Source: Anaerolineae bacterium | GTDB taxonomy: Bacteria > Chloroflexota > Anaerolineae > Fen-1058 | Reading direction: 5' to 3' | Assembly (NCBI GenBank): GCA_041300525.1 | Contig: JBGLNJ010000001.1 | Location: 748,854-812,853, forward strand | DNA length: 64,000 bases | Shown here: in pieces, positions 8,799 through 18,320 of the stretch | Numbering within the stretch: position 1 is the stretch's first letter | Layout of the letters: each line of letters begins with the position of its first letter | Made by a program: the position numbers and the translations under genes | Notes under the pieces: generated by a model | Told to the model about the DNA's origin: nothing | The model's input: the letters and a program-made list of their open reading frames with translations, nothing else | Database searches by the model: none

Positions 8799-9875
8799 CT
8801 AATGCCGAATGACTAGCGGCAAATAGTTATAAACCCAAATAGGGACCGTCAACACCTTGGTCACGCTGTTCACACTATTACTGGCAGTGACGACGGCAGT
8901 ATAGCTGCCCGCAACACCATAGGCACAAGTGACCGTCGCGCCGCTGCGGATCACGCCATCGCCTAGATTCCAAATGTAGTCCACATTGCTGCCCGTGGGG
9001 ACATACGCCATGAATGTGACGATCTCGCCCGGTTGCTTGGGCCCGTTGTGACTCGCCACCAATGCCGTCGTCACTCGCACATCGTCAATGTACCACTCGT
9101 CAGCACTGTTCCCCTCATAGCGGAACGCCAGGTAGTTGGGCTGACTCGCAAAAGCGCCCAGGCTCACCGACACTTGCTCCCATGTTGATTCGGTCCCCGT
9201 CATCACCTGAGCCAATTCCACAAAGTCACCGTCTTTGGGGTCCGGGCTGCCAGTCGAGATCCATATACTGTGCCTGTAATAGTAGGGCGCGTATCGCTCG
9301 AATTGCCAAAAGACGAGTTGGCTTTCGGCGGTCGGCGTCACGCGGCGGGTGATGAGCCACGCATCTTGCATGCCAAAGGCGTCATCGTGAAACGCGCTGT
9401 AAACGCCGCGATACGCGTGAGCGCTGGCACGCTGCCAGTACACTGACGGGGTCAGGATGCTGCTCGACCAGCCCACCGGCAGCCAGGGTCCTTCAAAGCC
9501 TTCGCTCAACAGCGGAGAGGCAATCGGGATATCCACGCTGACGGTCGTCGTTTGTACGTAGGTGACGATCCCGTCGGTGGCAGTGACCATCGCCGTGTAC
9601 CGGCCTACAGTCGGGTAGGTGTGCATCACGACAAAGCCTTCCGCCAAGGTTCCATCAAAGTCCCAAGTGCAAGTGAAAACGCCCGGGACGGTCACTGTTG
9701 CAGTAAGTGTTGTGATCTCGCCCAGCGCAGTGGGGCTGCTACTGGTCACTACAAGCTCACCGCTCTGCGGCGCAGCCCGTATTTGTGGATCGCCAATGGC
9801 TTGAATGGCGAAGGACATGACCATCATCAAACCGAGAACCAGAACGATTGGCAGCACCAGTAACCAGCAGCGCAT
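8799..9875 (-). CDS. Membrane-anchored PKD - MAM-like/cleaved-adhesin-like - PKD protein; paralog of the C-terminal module of the giant protein
   Basis: Start at MRCWLLVLPIVLVLGLMM, preceded by a strong RBS (TAAGGAGGA). PKD motifs (WDFDGT, WNLGDG). Central domain EGFEG...YRGVYSAFHDDAFGMQDAWLITRRV...LAFRYEGNSADEWYIDDVRV aligns with the giant protein segment EGFEGAF...YCAFYDDLFGLQDGWLVTPRV...LAFRYEGNFSDEWCIDDVRV. Confidence 0.7.
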   Translation of the reverse strand: MRCWLLVLPIVLVLGLMMVMSFAIQAIGDPQIRAAPQSGELVVTSSSPTALGEITTLTATVTVPGVFTCTWDFDGTLAEGFVVMHTYPTVGRYTAMVTATDGIVTYVQTTTVSVDIPIASPLLSEGFEGPWLPVGWSSSILTPSVYWQRASAHAYRGVYSAFHDDAFGMQDAWLITRRVTPTAESQLVFWQFERYAPYYYRHSIWISTGSPDPKDGDFVELAQVMTGTESTWEQVSVSLGAFASQPNYLAFRYEGNSADEWYIDDVRVTTALVASHNGPKQPGEIVTFMAYVPTGSNVDYIWNLGDGVIRSGATVTCAYGVAGSYTAVVTASNSVNSVTKVLTVPIWVYNYLPLVIRH

Positions 9876-9961
9876 GGTGTCCTCCTTAGATTGTGGGGTA
9901 ACCCTCACGGAGCAGGTCGCCCGTGCAAGGGCTGGCACAAGACCTGCCCCAACACATAGCT

Positions 9962-12900
9962 TCATGGCCGAGCAGCGGCGCGAACCGAGTAGCCAATACC
10001 ACAGCCGCTCACCGAAGGATCATAGTTGACAATCCGAACGTAAAACGTGCCAATGTGATACGGATGGAACGTCAGGCGCGAAGCAGTTGTCCCTGGAGCA
10101 GCATCGTCGTTCCAATCGAGCAATCGCACACCGTCCGAATCATACAAATAGATGACCGTGTCCACACCCGACAGGTCAAAGGTCTCGACGACGTAGACCG
10201 TGTTTGTATCGGTAACCTGGAAGGTTATCCAGTCAGCATCGTTTGCTTGATGGAAGGTGTGGCGCTGGGCCGTGCCATCCGTGGCAATCACATGCGCCTG
10301 CACCCAAGTATCATCTGGCTCGTAGGTATCTGGGCAAGGTGGCGTATAGTTCTGCATGACCAACGGCAAGTAGGCCAGGCTTCTCACTGGCACAATCATC
10401 GTATCCGTGATCAGGCTCACGCTGTTGCTCACTGTGACCACGACCGTATAGTCGCCCGGCGCCACGTAGGTGTGCGTGACGACCGGGTCGGTCGCCGTTT
10501 GACCGTCGCCCAAATCCCATTGATAGATCGCGTTGGAGCCAGTGGGCAAAGTCGCCGTCATCGTCGTCGCGTGTCCGAGCGGCGTTGGCCCATCGTGTGA
10601 GAGAACCAGCCCGGACGTGACCCGCACATCGTCAATGCACCACTCGTCAGAGAAATTGCCTTCGTAGCGGAAGGCCAGATAGATAGGCCGGTTGGCATAG
10701 TCGCGCAAAGCAACGCGAACCTGTTGCCAGGTGTCTTCGAGGCCAGGTCTCAGTTCCCGGAATTCGAAAAAGCTTCCATCCTTCGGATCGTTGCTGTCCA
10801 ACGAAAGCCACAAGCTGTGCTTGCGATAGAGCGGCGAATAGTTTTCGTACTGCCAAAAGGCAAGTTCGCTCACCAACGTTGGCGTGACGCGCGGCGTGAC
10901 CAGCCAGCCATCTTGCAGCCCAAACAGATCGTCATAGAACGCGCAGTACCGGCCGCCGTGCGAGCGGGCGCCGTCGCGCCGCCACCATTCATCCTCTATG
11001 CGCCCCGTACGCAGCCAACTGGGCGGCGGGAACGCGCCTTCAAAGCCCTCAACCAACATCGGCCAGGCAACGGGAATGTCGGTGGTGATGTGCGCCGTGG
11101 CCATGAGCGTGTTGACCCTGTTGGTCGCGGTGACAATGGCAGTATAGACATTCACCGCCGTGTATACGTGCGTGACCGTTGGCCCGGTCGCCGTCGCGCC
11201 ATCACCCAACGACCACGTCAAGGCCACGTTCGTGCCCGTCGCCGTCGTCGCCGTCAGCACAGTGGTTTCGCCCAAGACCGTCGGCGCACTGGTGATCAGC
11301 GTCAAGCCAGTGACGGGTTGAACAACGAAAGTGTACAATGGCTCTGGCTCGTTATTCAACACGTCGAGGTCAACCTTGCTGGATTCGACGTAGGCTGTGT
11401 TGACCAGAACGCCGGTCGTGGTCAGTGGGACATCCGCCTGCACATTGATCGTAGTGAGGGAATTGGCGTTCAGGTTGCCCAGGTCACACTGCAGTGCGCC
11501 CACTGCTTCGACACAGCCCGGCGGCGCGGCGATCAGGTTGACTTGCGTTGGCAGGTTGACTGCCAGCGTGGCTGTCGTTGCCACGCCCGGGCCGGCATTG
11601 CTGATGACGAACGTGTAGGTGAGCGGGCGACCCGTGATCGCCGGATCGGACGAGACCGCTTGCGAAAGCGAGAGATTAGCGACCGCACTTGATTCGTACA
11701 CAGTCAGGTCGAAAGGACCCGCCTCGCGCGCGTTGCCTGCATGGTCGCGCGCCAGAATGCCCAGCATATAGTTGCCCACCACGTCAAAGCGCGCGTCGTA
11801 GATGAACGTCCATGTGTCGCCATTCAACGTGAGCGTCGGTGTGATCCAGGCGACATTCCCATCGGGCTTGCTCACGTGGATTTGAATAGACTGGGCGCCA
11901 TAGCCATCGCGGACCGTGCCACTGAGCACCAGATTCGTCGTGGCCTGGATCACGCCGGGCAGCGCGGTGGCAACGGTGATTGCAGGCGCGACCACGTCCA
12001 CTAGCAATGTGCGCGTGAGTGGCACAGGCGAGCGGTTGCCAGCGCTATCCACTCCGTAAAAGTAGAGCGTCTGCCACGTGCCGTCGCCCGTCCCAACGAT
12101 AGGCGCAGACGCGTACCAATCGCCGACGGCAGGCGTTACGCCAGGCCTCACGGCATACTGAGCACAGTCTTGCTCCGGCTCGCCGGGCCGCGATGCGCAG
12201 AGCTGCGCCCAACCTGCCTGGCGTTCATCTTGCACCTGTCCACTCAATCCCGCTTCGGCGGGGACGAGCAGATTATCTGCAAACGCCGACAGTGTGGCCG
12301 TGCTCAGGCTGATCGAAGGCGGCGCGCTGTCCACAGTGACGCGCCGTGCAGTCGTCCAATTGCTGGTGTTGCCAAAGCGATCGGCGGCCATCACGCGCAG
12401 ATCGAATTGCGTTCCATCCGCCGCGCCGCCAATGTTCCACAGGCACGACCACTGTCCATCAAACGGCATGGGGTCGAGGCACGTGAGGTAACCCGTGCTG
12501 CCCGTGCCCACATTGCGAACTTCAAGCGTGATCGTCGGTACGCCGGAAGGATCGTCCACCTTGCCGGACACGGTGTTGGTATAGGCGTTGACAAACGCCA
12601 CTGGCAATTCGATCAACGAGCCTTGCGGCGGAAGCGTGTCCACGTCGTGCTGCACCCACAGCCAATCGAATGCTCCGTGTACAGCATCGGCGACGATAGC
12701 ATCCACTTCAGCGGATTGACCGTCGAGCGCGGCGTTGACCGTCGCGGGGATGTTGAGCGTGCCGCTCACATTGTTCAACGCAAACACCTGCGGGCTGCCA
12801 CCCGCCAGTTGCACGCCGCCCCGCGCTGTCACGGTGACGCGCGCGCCAGGCGCAATCAGCACGCCCTCGTTGGTGTAGATGAGCGTGTAGGTGATCGCCT

Positions 12901-15900
12901 GGCCATTGCCCATCAGCGCCGGCTCGCCGGATGGCGTGTCCACCGGCAGCGATAAATCGAGGTCGCCGTCCAGGTTCGCATCGAGGTACTGACCGGGCGC
13001 AAGCACGCCAGGCAAATCGTGTTCGAGGTAGCCGAGTTCGACGCCGGGGGGACTGGCGACCAGGCTCACGCGCAGGTCTGCGGGCGCGAATTGGCCCTGG
13101 TTGGGGCACACGCCATTGCCGAGCGTCGCCCACTCGTACTGCTGCGTGAGCGTAAAGTTTGAGCCAGCGAACGGCAACCCGATCGGGTTGATCACGCGCG
13201 GGCTGTTGAGCGGGTTCTTGTCCGGCATCGTCGCCCACACGCGCAGCGCGGTCTCTTCACTCGCAAGCGCGACCAGTTTGAGCGAGGTGGGCGATCCCAG
13301 CCATGCGCGTGGAACGAGCAGATCGGTGTGCGGTCGTAGATACCCTTCAGGGTGCGGACGCAGGCTGGTATCAAGTGCCCAGTGAGGCGTTGTACCCAAC
13401 GCCGAGTCAATCGTTTGACTGATCCATGCGCTGCCGTTCCAGGTCAATAGTCGCGCCGTGTTTTCATCCTCGACCCACAGGGCATAGTCGGCGGCCAGTT
13501 GGCTGCCATCTTGGGCGGGCAAGGTGATGACCGGGCCAGTGCCGTATGGATCATAGGCGTGCGTCGTCCCGCCGGGCTGCGTGTCGAGATAGATAAACAG
13601 ATCGCCATCGCTGTTCCAGTTTGCCCCAACCCAGGTAAAGCGAAGCGACGCATCACTCTGTGAGGCATCGTCCCACGAGAGATACAACTGCTGGACATCC
13701 TTGAGCGACGAGTGGCTCGGCGCGGCGCGCGCGATCTCGCGATCGGCTCCGATTTGCGAGCAGCCACTCTCCATCCAGCCGTGATATTTCAGGTCAGAAA
13801 TATAGTCGGGCGTGGTGGGGACATCGGCATAGATCGGGCCGACCGTCTGCCACTGCCAGTTGCCATAGATGTCTTGCGCGATGACCTGGGCATAGCGCTG
13901 CTGCGCTTCGCCGATCCACTGTTCGTGATAGCGATTAGCGGCGGGCGCATACGAGGTCAGGCCGGTCGTCGAGGTCGAACTCGGCGTCCAGCCGACGAGA
14001 TAGTTGCCCAGGCCCGCGCCATCGCTGCTGGCCGTCCACGTGATGATGACGGTCGGTGTGTATACATCTCGAATGGTCTGACCGGGCGCAAGGGTCGTGA
14101 ACACGCCTGCGCCATTGGTATAAGCCAGCGTCACGGTGACCGGCGACGGCGGCGCAAGATCAACTGTGACCGTCCGCGTGATCTGCGTGACGTGATTTGC
14201 GGCATCACTCGCGCGAGCGGTCACGGTATAGGGCGCACCATCCGGCTCTGCGCCCAGGTACCACAGGTAACGCCACTCGCCGCGCGCATAGTTAAAAGCC
14301 GCATCGTCCCACGGGCCGCCCGCTGTCGAGACCTGCACCGCCTCCAGCCCGACGCTATCGGTGACGGTGCCGGTGAGCACGACGCGCCCAAGCGAGACCC
14401 GATGCGTCGTCGTCACAACCGTATAACCGAACGTGAGCACGGGGGCCTGGGTGTCTACCGAGATCGTGATCGGCTGCGTCTCGGTCTGCACTTGACCAGT
14501 CCAATCCGAGGCCAGCGCGAGCAACGTGTATCGCCCCTCGCCAGCGGGCGTCCAGCTTGTCGTCCACAGCGTATCCGTCACCGTGCCGCTGGGCCAACTG
14601 GTGCTGATCAAGAATGTGCTGTTGACCGTGACGGTCAGGGTGCACAGCGAATTGACGGCATACGCGCCGACGTTGAGGCTGACGGGATTGAGCGTCGTGA
14701 GCACACTTTCGTGCGTGGGCGTGAGGACAGCCGAGGCCAACGGTGGCGTGTGGCTGGGGAGTGTGCCGGTCACGGTCGTGCAGTGATCGTAGCGGTCACA
14801 CGCGTGCAGCGTCGGCGTGATCGCCTGGTGACCATTGACGATGCACGCGGGCGTCAACCGGTAAAGGCGCGGCGTGCTGGACGTGGTCTGGTTCCACCAG
14901 GCGTCGTCATAGTACTGGCGATCAGCCGCCTGCAGCGCGCACGGGAACTGGAAATTGGCGGTCGTGAGGTTCATATCCTCGACCCAACCCTGGTAGACGG
15001 TCTGGGCCGCGCTGCCATTGCCGCGATAGGTCACGGTGATCGCCGCGCGCGGCGCCAGCGTGTCAATCTCGCCGCGCCAACGATTCCACGTTGCTTGATC
15101 GTCATTACGATTGTTGCGCGTGTCCGTGCCGCGCAGGTTGATTTGATAGGCGCCCTCCAGTCCCACTGGAACCGGATGGCTCCATGTCGTCCCGGTGACG
15201 CCCTCGCCGGATTGGGCCAGCGTCGTGTTGGCCCACGCGCCCGGCGTTTGACCAGCCGGCGTGAACGCGATCTCGAGTCGCTGCACTCCGGCGGCCACGA
15301 CGCTCGGATCGGTGACGACGCCGCTCAATGAGAGTGTTTGCGTAATGGTCGTGGACGAAGGCCCGGTATAGGTCAGCACAGCCACGGGCGGCGTGGTGTC
15401 CACACCCAGCGTGAGCGGCACAGGCGCAGTCTGATTGTTCAGCCGATCGGTCGCGCGAGCGTAGAACGTATAGACGCCCGTCGGGCTGCTCAGAGCCTGG
15501 TTGTCGCTGCCAAAAGCGGGCAAGACATAGTTCACGGCCCACGTGGCGCCGGCCAACGTCGCCGTCTGCCAGCCGCTCCCGTTCGGCGTGAGCAGCGTTG
15601 CGACGCTGTGTGTGCCGACGCCACCAGTGTCGTTCACCGTGCCGCTCATCGCCACTTGCCATCGCCCGGCGGCGTTGCGTGTTGCGCCGACGATGCTGTT
15701 GTCGGGCAGCGCAAAGCTCACGGCGGGCGGTGTTCGATCAAGAACGACGGTAACCAAAGTGGCCGGCCCGACGTTGCCCACCATGTCAATCGCGCGGACG
15801 CGGAGCGTGTGCGCCCCATCGGCAAGTGGGATGTTCCAATTATATGCCCACGATTCTGCGCCGGTTGCCGCTTGCCATGGCCCGCCGTCTTGGCTGACCT

Positions 15901-16708
15901 CGACGCGAGCGACTGCCGAAGTCGAATCGCTTGCGTCGCCGCCAATCGTGAGCGTGCCCGTGACGGCCAGGTATTGCCCGTTCGTGAGTGCGGCAAAGGT
16001 CGCGGTCGGAACGTCGGCGTCCACGGTCATCAGCGTATCGGTCATCACCGAGATCGTTCCCAGCCAGGGCGGAACGTCGTCCATGAACAACTGCGCCAGG
16101 TGCAACTGTGAGTAGGACGAGGCCAGGCCATCGCATTTGGCAAAGTCGGTCGTCGTGCTGCTGCACGCGAGGCTATGGTCGGCAAGGCCCGGCGCGGAAG
16201 TGACGGCCGTAAGATCGTAGCGCGGCGCGGCTGACCCCAGGCCATCCTTGACTCGCCGGGGCGTGCCATCGGCGTTCAACGCGGCATAGCGCACGACGGA
16301 TTGCCAGCAGTCGTTGGTCGCGTTCCAACTCACCACCCATCCGCCCAAGCGCGGCTCGAAAGCGACGGCAGGCACGCCCAATCCATAGTCAGAGCCTTGC
16401 TGGCCGATGGCGCGAGCATTGCCCACCGTGTTGCTCACCACGTCCACGCTGCGCCCCATCACCGATGTGCTGGACTTGTACACGACCATGACCCGGCCCG
16501 TGATGCGATCGGCGGCAACCTGGGTATTAGTAGCAGAACTTGCCAGGGTCCGAAGACTATCGCCGACAGTGTTGCCGTTGCCATCCAGGTAAGCCATTTG
16601 GATGCTGCCCGATGTGTCGTTCTGCCACGTGACCACGTACCGATTGTTGCCTGCCCAGGCCACAGACGGATTGGTGTCGTTGCTCACGCCCCAGTTAGCC
16701 GCGTTCAA
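9962..16708 (-). CDS. Giant extracellular/cell-surface repeat protein (~2,250 aa): N-terminal beta-rich repeats, multiple bacterial Ig-like domains, DUF11 repeats, PKD, MAM-like, PKD, and a C-terminal PPC-like domain. The 5' end is uncertain.
   Basis: Continuous ORF 9962..17368. The upstream ~660 nt overlap secY and the rplO remnant on the opposite strand, so they are unlikely to be coding. Candidate starts: TTG 16708, GTG 16687, ATG 16597. Repeated VD..PP Ig-domain boundaries (LDRTPPAVSF, VDTTPPVAV, VDTQAPVLTF, VDLAPPSPV, VDSAPPSISL, VDVVAPAITV). DUF11-like segment (LTYTFVISNAGPGVATTATLAVNLP). PPC-like C-terminus (YEPDDTW...). Confidence 0.7.
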   Translation of the reverse strand: MNAANWGVSNDTNPSVAWAGNNRYVVTWQNDTSGSIQMAYLDGNGNTVGDSLRTLASSATNTQVAADRITGRVMVVYKSSTSVMGRSVDVVSNTVGNARAIGQQGSDYGLGVPAVAFEPRLGGWVVSWNATNDCWQSVVRYAALNADGTPRRVKDGLGSAAPRYDLTAVTSAPGLADHSLACSSTTTDFAKCDGLASSYSQLHLAQLFMDDVPPWLGTISVMTDTLMTVDADVPTATFAALTNGQYLAVTGTLTIGGDASDSTSAVARVEVSQDGGPWQAATGAESWAYNWNIPLADGAHTLRVRAIDMVGNVGPATLVTVVLDRTPPAVSFALPDNSIVGATRNAAGRWQVAMSGTVNDTGGVGTHSVATLLTPNGSGWQTATLAGATWAVNYVLPAFGSDNQALSSPTGVYTFYARATDRLNNQTAPVPLTLGVDTTPPVAVLTYTGPSSTTITQTLSLSGVVTDPSVVAAGVQRLEIAFTPAGQTPGAWANTTLAQSGEGVTGTTWSHPVPVGLEGAYQINLRGTDTRNNRNDDQATWNRWRGEIDTLAPRAAITVTYRGNGSAAQTVYQGWVEDMNLTTANFQFPCALQAADRQYYDDAWWNQTTSSTPRLYRLTPACIVNGHQAITPTLHACDRYDHCTTVTGTLPSHTPPLASAVLTPTHESVLTTLNPVSLNVGAYAVNSLCTLTVTVNSTFLISTSWPSGTVTDTLWTTSWTPAGEGRYTLLALASDWTGQVQTETQPITISVDTQAPVLTFGYTVVTTTHRVSLGRVVLTGTVTDSVGLEAVQVSTAGGPWDDAAFNYARGEWRYLWYLGAEPDGAPYTVTARASDAANHVTQITRTVTVDLAPPSPVTVTLAYTNGAGVFTTLAPGQTIRDVYTPTVIITWTASSDGAGLGNYLVGWTPSSTSTTGLTSYAPAANRYHEQWIGEAQQRYAQVIAQDIYGNWQWQTVGPIYADVPTTPDYISDLKYHGWMESGCSQIGADREIARAAPSHSSLKDVQQLYLSWDDASQSDASLRFTWVGANWNSDGDLFIYLDTQPGGTTHAYDPYGTGPVITLPAQDGSQLAADYALWVEDENTARLLTWNGSAWISQTIDSALGTTPHWALDTSLRPHPEGYLRPHTDLLVPRAWLGSPTSLKLVALASEETALRVWATMPDKNPLNSPRVINPIGLPFAGSNFTLTQQYEWATLGNGVCPNQGQFAPADLRVSLVASPPGVELGYLEHDLPGVLAPGQYLDANLDGDLDLSLPVDTPSGEPALMGNGQAITYTLIYTNEGVLIAPGARVTVTARGGVQLAGGSPQVFALNNVSGTLNIPATVNAALDGQSAEVDAIVADAVHGAFDWLWVQHDVDTLPPQGSLIELPVAFVNAYTNTVSGKVDDPSGVPTITLEVRNVGTGSTGYLTCLDPMPFDGQWSCLWNIGGAADGTQFDLRVMAADRFGNTSNWTTARRVTVDSAPPSISLSTATLSAFADNLLVPAEAGLSGQVQDERQAGWAQLCASRPGEPEQDCAQYAVRPGVTPAVGDWYASAPIVGTGDGTWQTLYFYGVDSAGNRSPVPLTRTLLVDVVAPAITVATALPGVIQATTNLVLSGTVRDGYGAQSIQIHVSKPDGNVAWITPTLTLNGDTWTFIYDARFDVVGNYMLGILARDHAGNAREAGPFDLTVYESSAVANLSLSQAVSSDPAITGRPLTYTFVISNAGPGVATTATLAVNLPTQVNLIAAPPGCVEAVGALQCDLGNLNANSLTTINVQADVPLTTTGVLVNTAYVESSKVDLDVLNNEPEPLYTFVVQPVTGLTLITSAPTVLGETTVLTATTATGTNVALTWSLGDGATATGPTVTHVYTAVNVYTAIVTATNRVNTLMATAHITTDIPVAWPMLVEGFEGAFPPPSWLRTGRIEDEWWRRDGARSHGGRYCAFYDDLFGLQDGWLVTPRVTPTLVSELAFWQYENYSPLYRKHSLWLSLDSNDPKDGSFFEFRELRPGLEDTWQQVRVALRDYANRPIYLAFRYEGNFSDEWCIDDVRVTSGLVLSHDGPTPLGHATTMTATLPTGSNAIYQWDLGDGQTATDPVVTHTYVAPGDYTVVVTVSNSVSLITDTMIVPVRSLAYLPLVMQNYTPPCPDTYEPDDTWVQAHVIATDGTAQRHTFHQANDADWITFQVTDTNTVYVVETFDLSGVDTVIYLYDSDGVRLLDWNDDAAPGTTASRLTFHPYHIGTFYVRIVNYDPSVSGCGIGYSVRAAARP

Positions 16709-16940
16709 GGCCGGCTCTGAGGTGACGCCGGACGTGTTGGCCGAGGTTGGATTTGTAAAGTCCGCCAAGTTGCCTGTGGTTGTTTTGGGAGGGGGCGAGT
16801 TGCCCCATGCCCTCACGGTCAAAGCGCACCGCTTTTCCAAGTCGGCCCAGCAAAAGATAAAAGCGGCCGGCGGCACAGTCGAGGTGTTGCCGTTCGAGAA
16901 AAAGCGTGGCCACTCCACGAAAGGCAGAAATAACCCATGA
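16674..16940 (+). pseudogene. rplO: Ribosomal protein L15 gene, 3' remnant only (C-terminal ~85 aa); N-terminal Gly/Arg-rich half missing
   Basis: ...VGFVKSAKLPVVVLGGGELPHALTVKAHRFSKSAQQKIKAAGGTVEVL is an L15 C-terminus. Its stop overlaps the secY ATG (ATGA). No reading frame upstream encodes the L15 N-terminus; the giant gene's 5' end lies there on the other strand. Confidence 0.6.
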
Positions 16941-18277
16941 TCCAGGCTGTTCGCAACGCCTTTAATCTGCCGGACCTGCGCCGCAAGATCCTGTACACGT
17001 TCTTGATCATGGCGATCTATCGCCTGGCTTCGCACGTGCCAGTGCCGGGCGTCAACCAGGAAGCGCTGAAGCAGTTGCTCCAGGGTGGGTCGGCGGCCGG
17101 GGGCCTCATCAATCTGCTCGATTTGCTGTCGGGTGGGGCCATCGCCAACTTTAGCGTGTTGGCGATGGGAGTGTATCCCTACATCACGGCCTCGATCATT
17201 GTTCAATTGCTGATACCCATCATCCCGTACCTGGAGAATCTGCAAAAGGAGGGCGAAGCCGGACGGAACAAGATCAACCAATTCACCGTCTATGCGACGA
17301 TCCCGCTCGCGCTTTTGCAGGCCATCGGCCAGATTCGCCTCTTGACGGCCGGCACGGGCGGCGAGCAAGTCCTGCCGAGCTTTGGCTTTACCGGCTCACA
17401 ACTCTTGCCCACGATCACCATTCTAATCACGATGACGGCCGGCACGATGTTCGCCATGTGGCTGGGGCAAATGATTGACGAGCAGGGCATCGGCAACGGC
17501 GTCTCGCTGATTATCTTTGGCGGCATTGTGTCGCGTTTGCCACAAAACATTGGCAGTTTGTTGGTGGATCCTGCCACGCGCTGGGTGTCGTTGACGGCGT
17601 TCATCCTGATCACCGTGTTCACCATTCTGGTGATTGTGTACATGCAGGAAGGCCAGCGGCGCATCCCCGTGCAGTACGGCAAGCGCGTGCGCGGGCGCAA
17701 AGTGTTCGGCGGCGGCAGCACGCACATTCCGCTGCGCATCAACACCGCGGGCATGATCCCGCTGATCTTTGCCCAGTCTATTCTGACGTTCCCGGCGGTT
17801 ATCGCGCAGTTCTTGCCGGGTGCAGGGCAAGTTGGCACGTTTGCGCACACGTTGATCGCCATGTTCAGCGGCGGGCGACGTTCGGCTGCAGGTTTTGGGG
17901 ACTGGACGGCGATTTTTTACTGGACCGTGTATTTCTTGATGGTTGTCGGTTTTACGTACTTTTACACTGACGTGATGATGCAGCAGCAAAACCTGCCGGA
18001 TAACCTGCAAAAGCAAGGCGGGTTTATTCCCGGCATTCGTCCCGGCAAACGGACGGAGGAATACATCAACGGGGTGATGCGCCGGATCACGCTGGTGGGA
18101 TCGTTGCTCCTGGGGTTTGTCGCGGTGCTGCCGTTTCTCGTCAGCCCGATCCTGCCTGGCGCGACCAGCTTTTCGTTCATGAGCACGGGCCTGTTGATCG
18201 TCGTGGGCGTGGTGATTGATACGATGCGCCAGCTTGAAGCGCAGTTACTGATGCGCCACTATGAAGGAATTTTCTAG
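16937..18277 (+). CDS. secY: Preprotein translocase subunit SecY
   Basis: 446 aa, 10-TM SecY topology and motifs (GGLINLLDLLSGGAIANFSVLAMGVYPYITASIIVQLL). Confidence 0.95.
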   Translation: MIQAVRNAFNLPDLRRKILYTFLIMAIYRLASHVPVPGVNQEALKQLLQGGSAAGGLINLLDLLSGGAIANFSVLAMGVYPYITASIIVQLLIPIIPYLENLQKEGEAGRNKINQFTVYATIPLALLQAIGQIRLLTAGTGGEQVLPSFGFTGSQLLPTITILITMTAGTMFAMWLGQMIDEQGIGNGVSLIIFGGIVSRLPQNIGSLLVDPATRWVSLTAFILITVFTILVIVYMQEGQRRIPVQYGKRVRGRKVFGGGSTHIPLRINTAGMIPLIFAQSILTFPAVIAQFLPGAGQVGTFAHTLIAMFSGGRRSAAGFGDWTAIFYWTVYFLMVVGFTYFYTDVMMQQQNLPDNLQKQGGFIPGIRPGKRTEEYINGVMRRITLVGSLLLGFVAVLPFLVSPILPGATSFSFMSTGLLIVVGVVIDTMRQLEAQLLMRHYEGIF

Positions 18278-18320
18278 TCGCGTTCATTCCCACCCTGTGG
18301 GATGGAGAAGGGAGAGGAAT

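Noticed and set aside
10724-16115. Long plus-strand ORFs inside the giant gene (e.g. 13712..15331 at 539 aa; 10724..11692; 12170..12955; 15338..16111)
   Set aside because: Arg/Gly/Ala/Pro-rich antisense translations typical of high-GC DNA. No domain signatures. Fully nested within a strongly supported minus-strand CDS.
16709-17368. 5' extension of the giant minus-strand ORF (annotated start 17368, MLAARAG...)
   Set aside because: It overlaps secY and the L15 remnant on the opposite strand, both with strong homology. The extension has no protein-like features, so it is a GC-driven stop-free run rather than coding.
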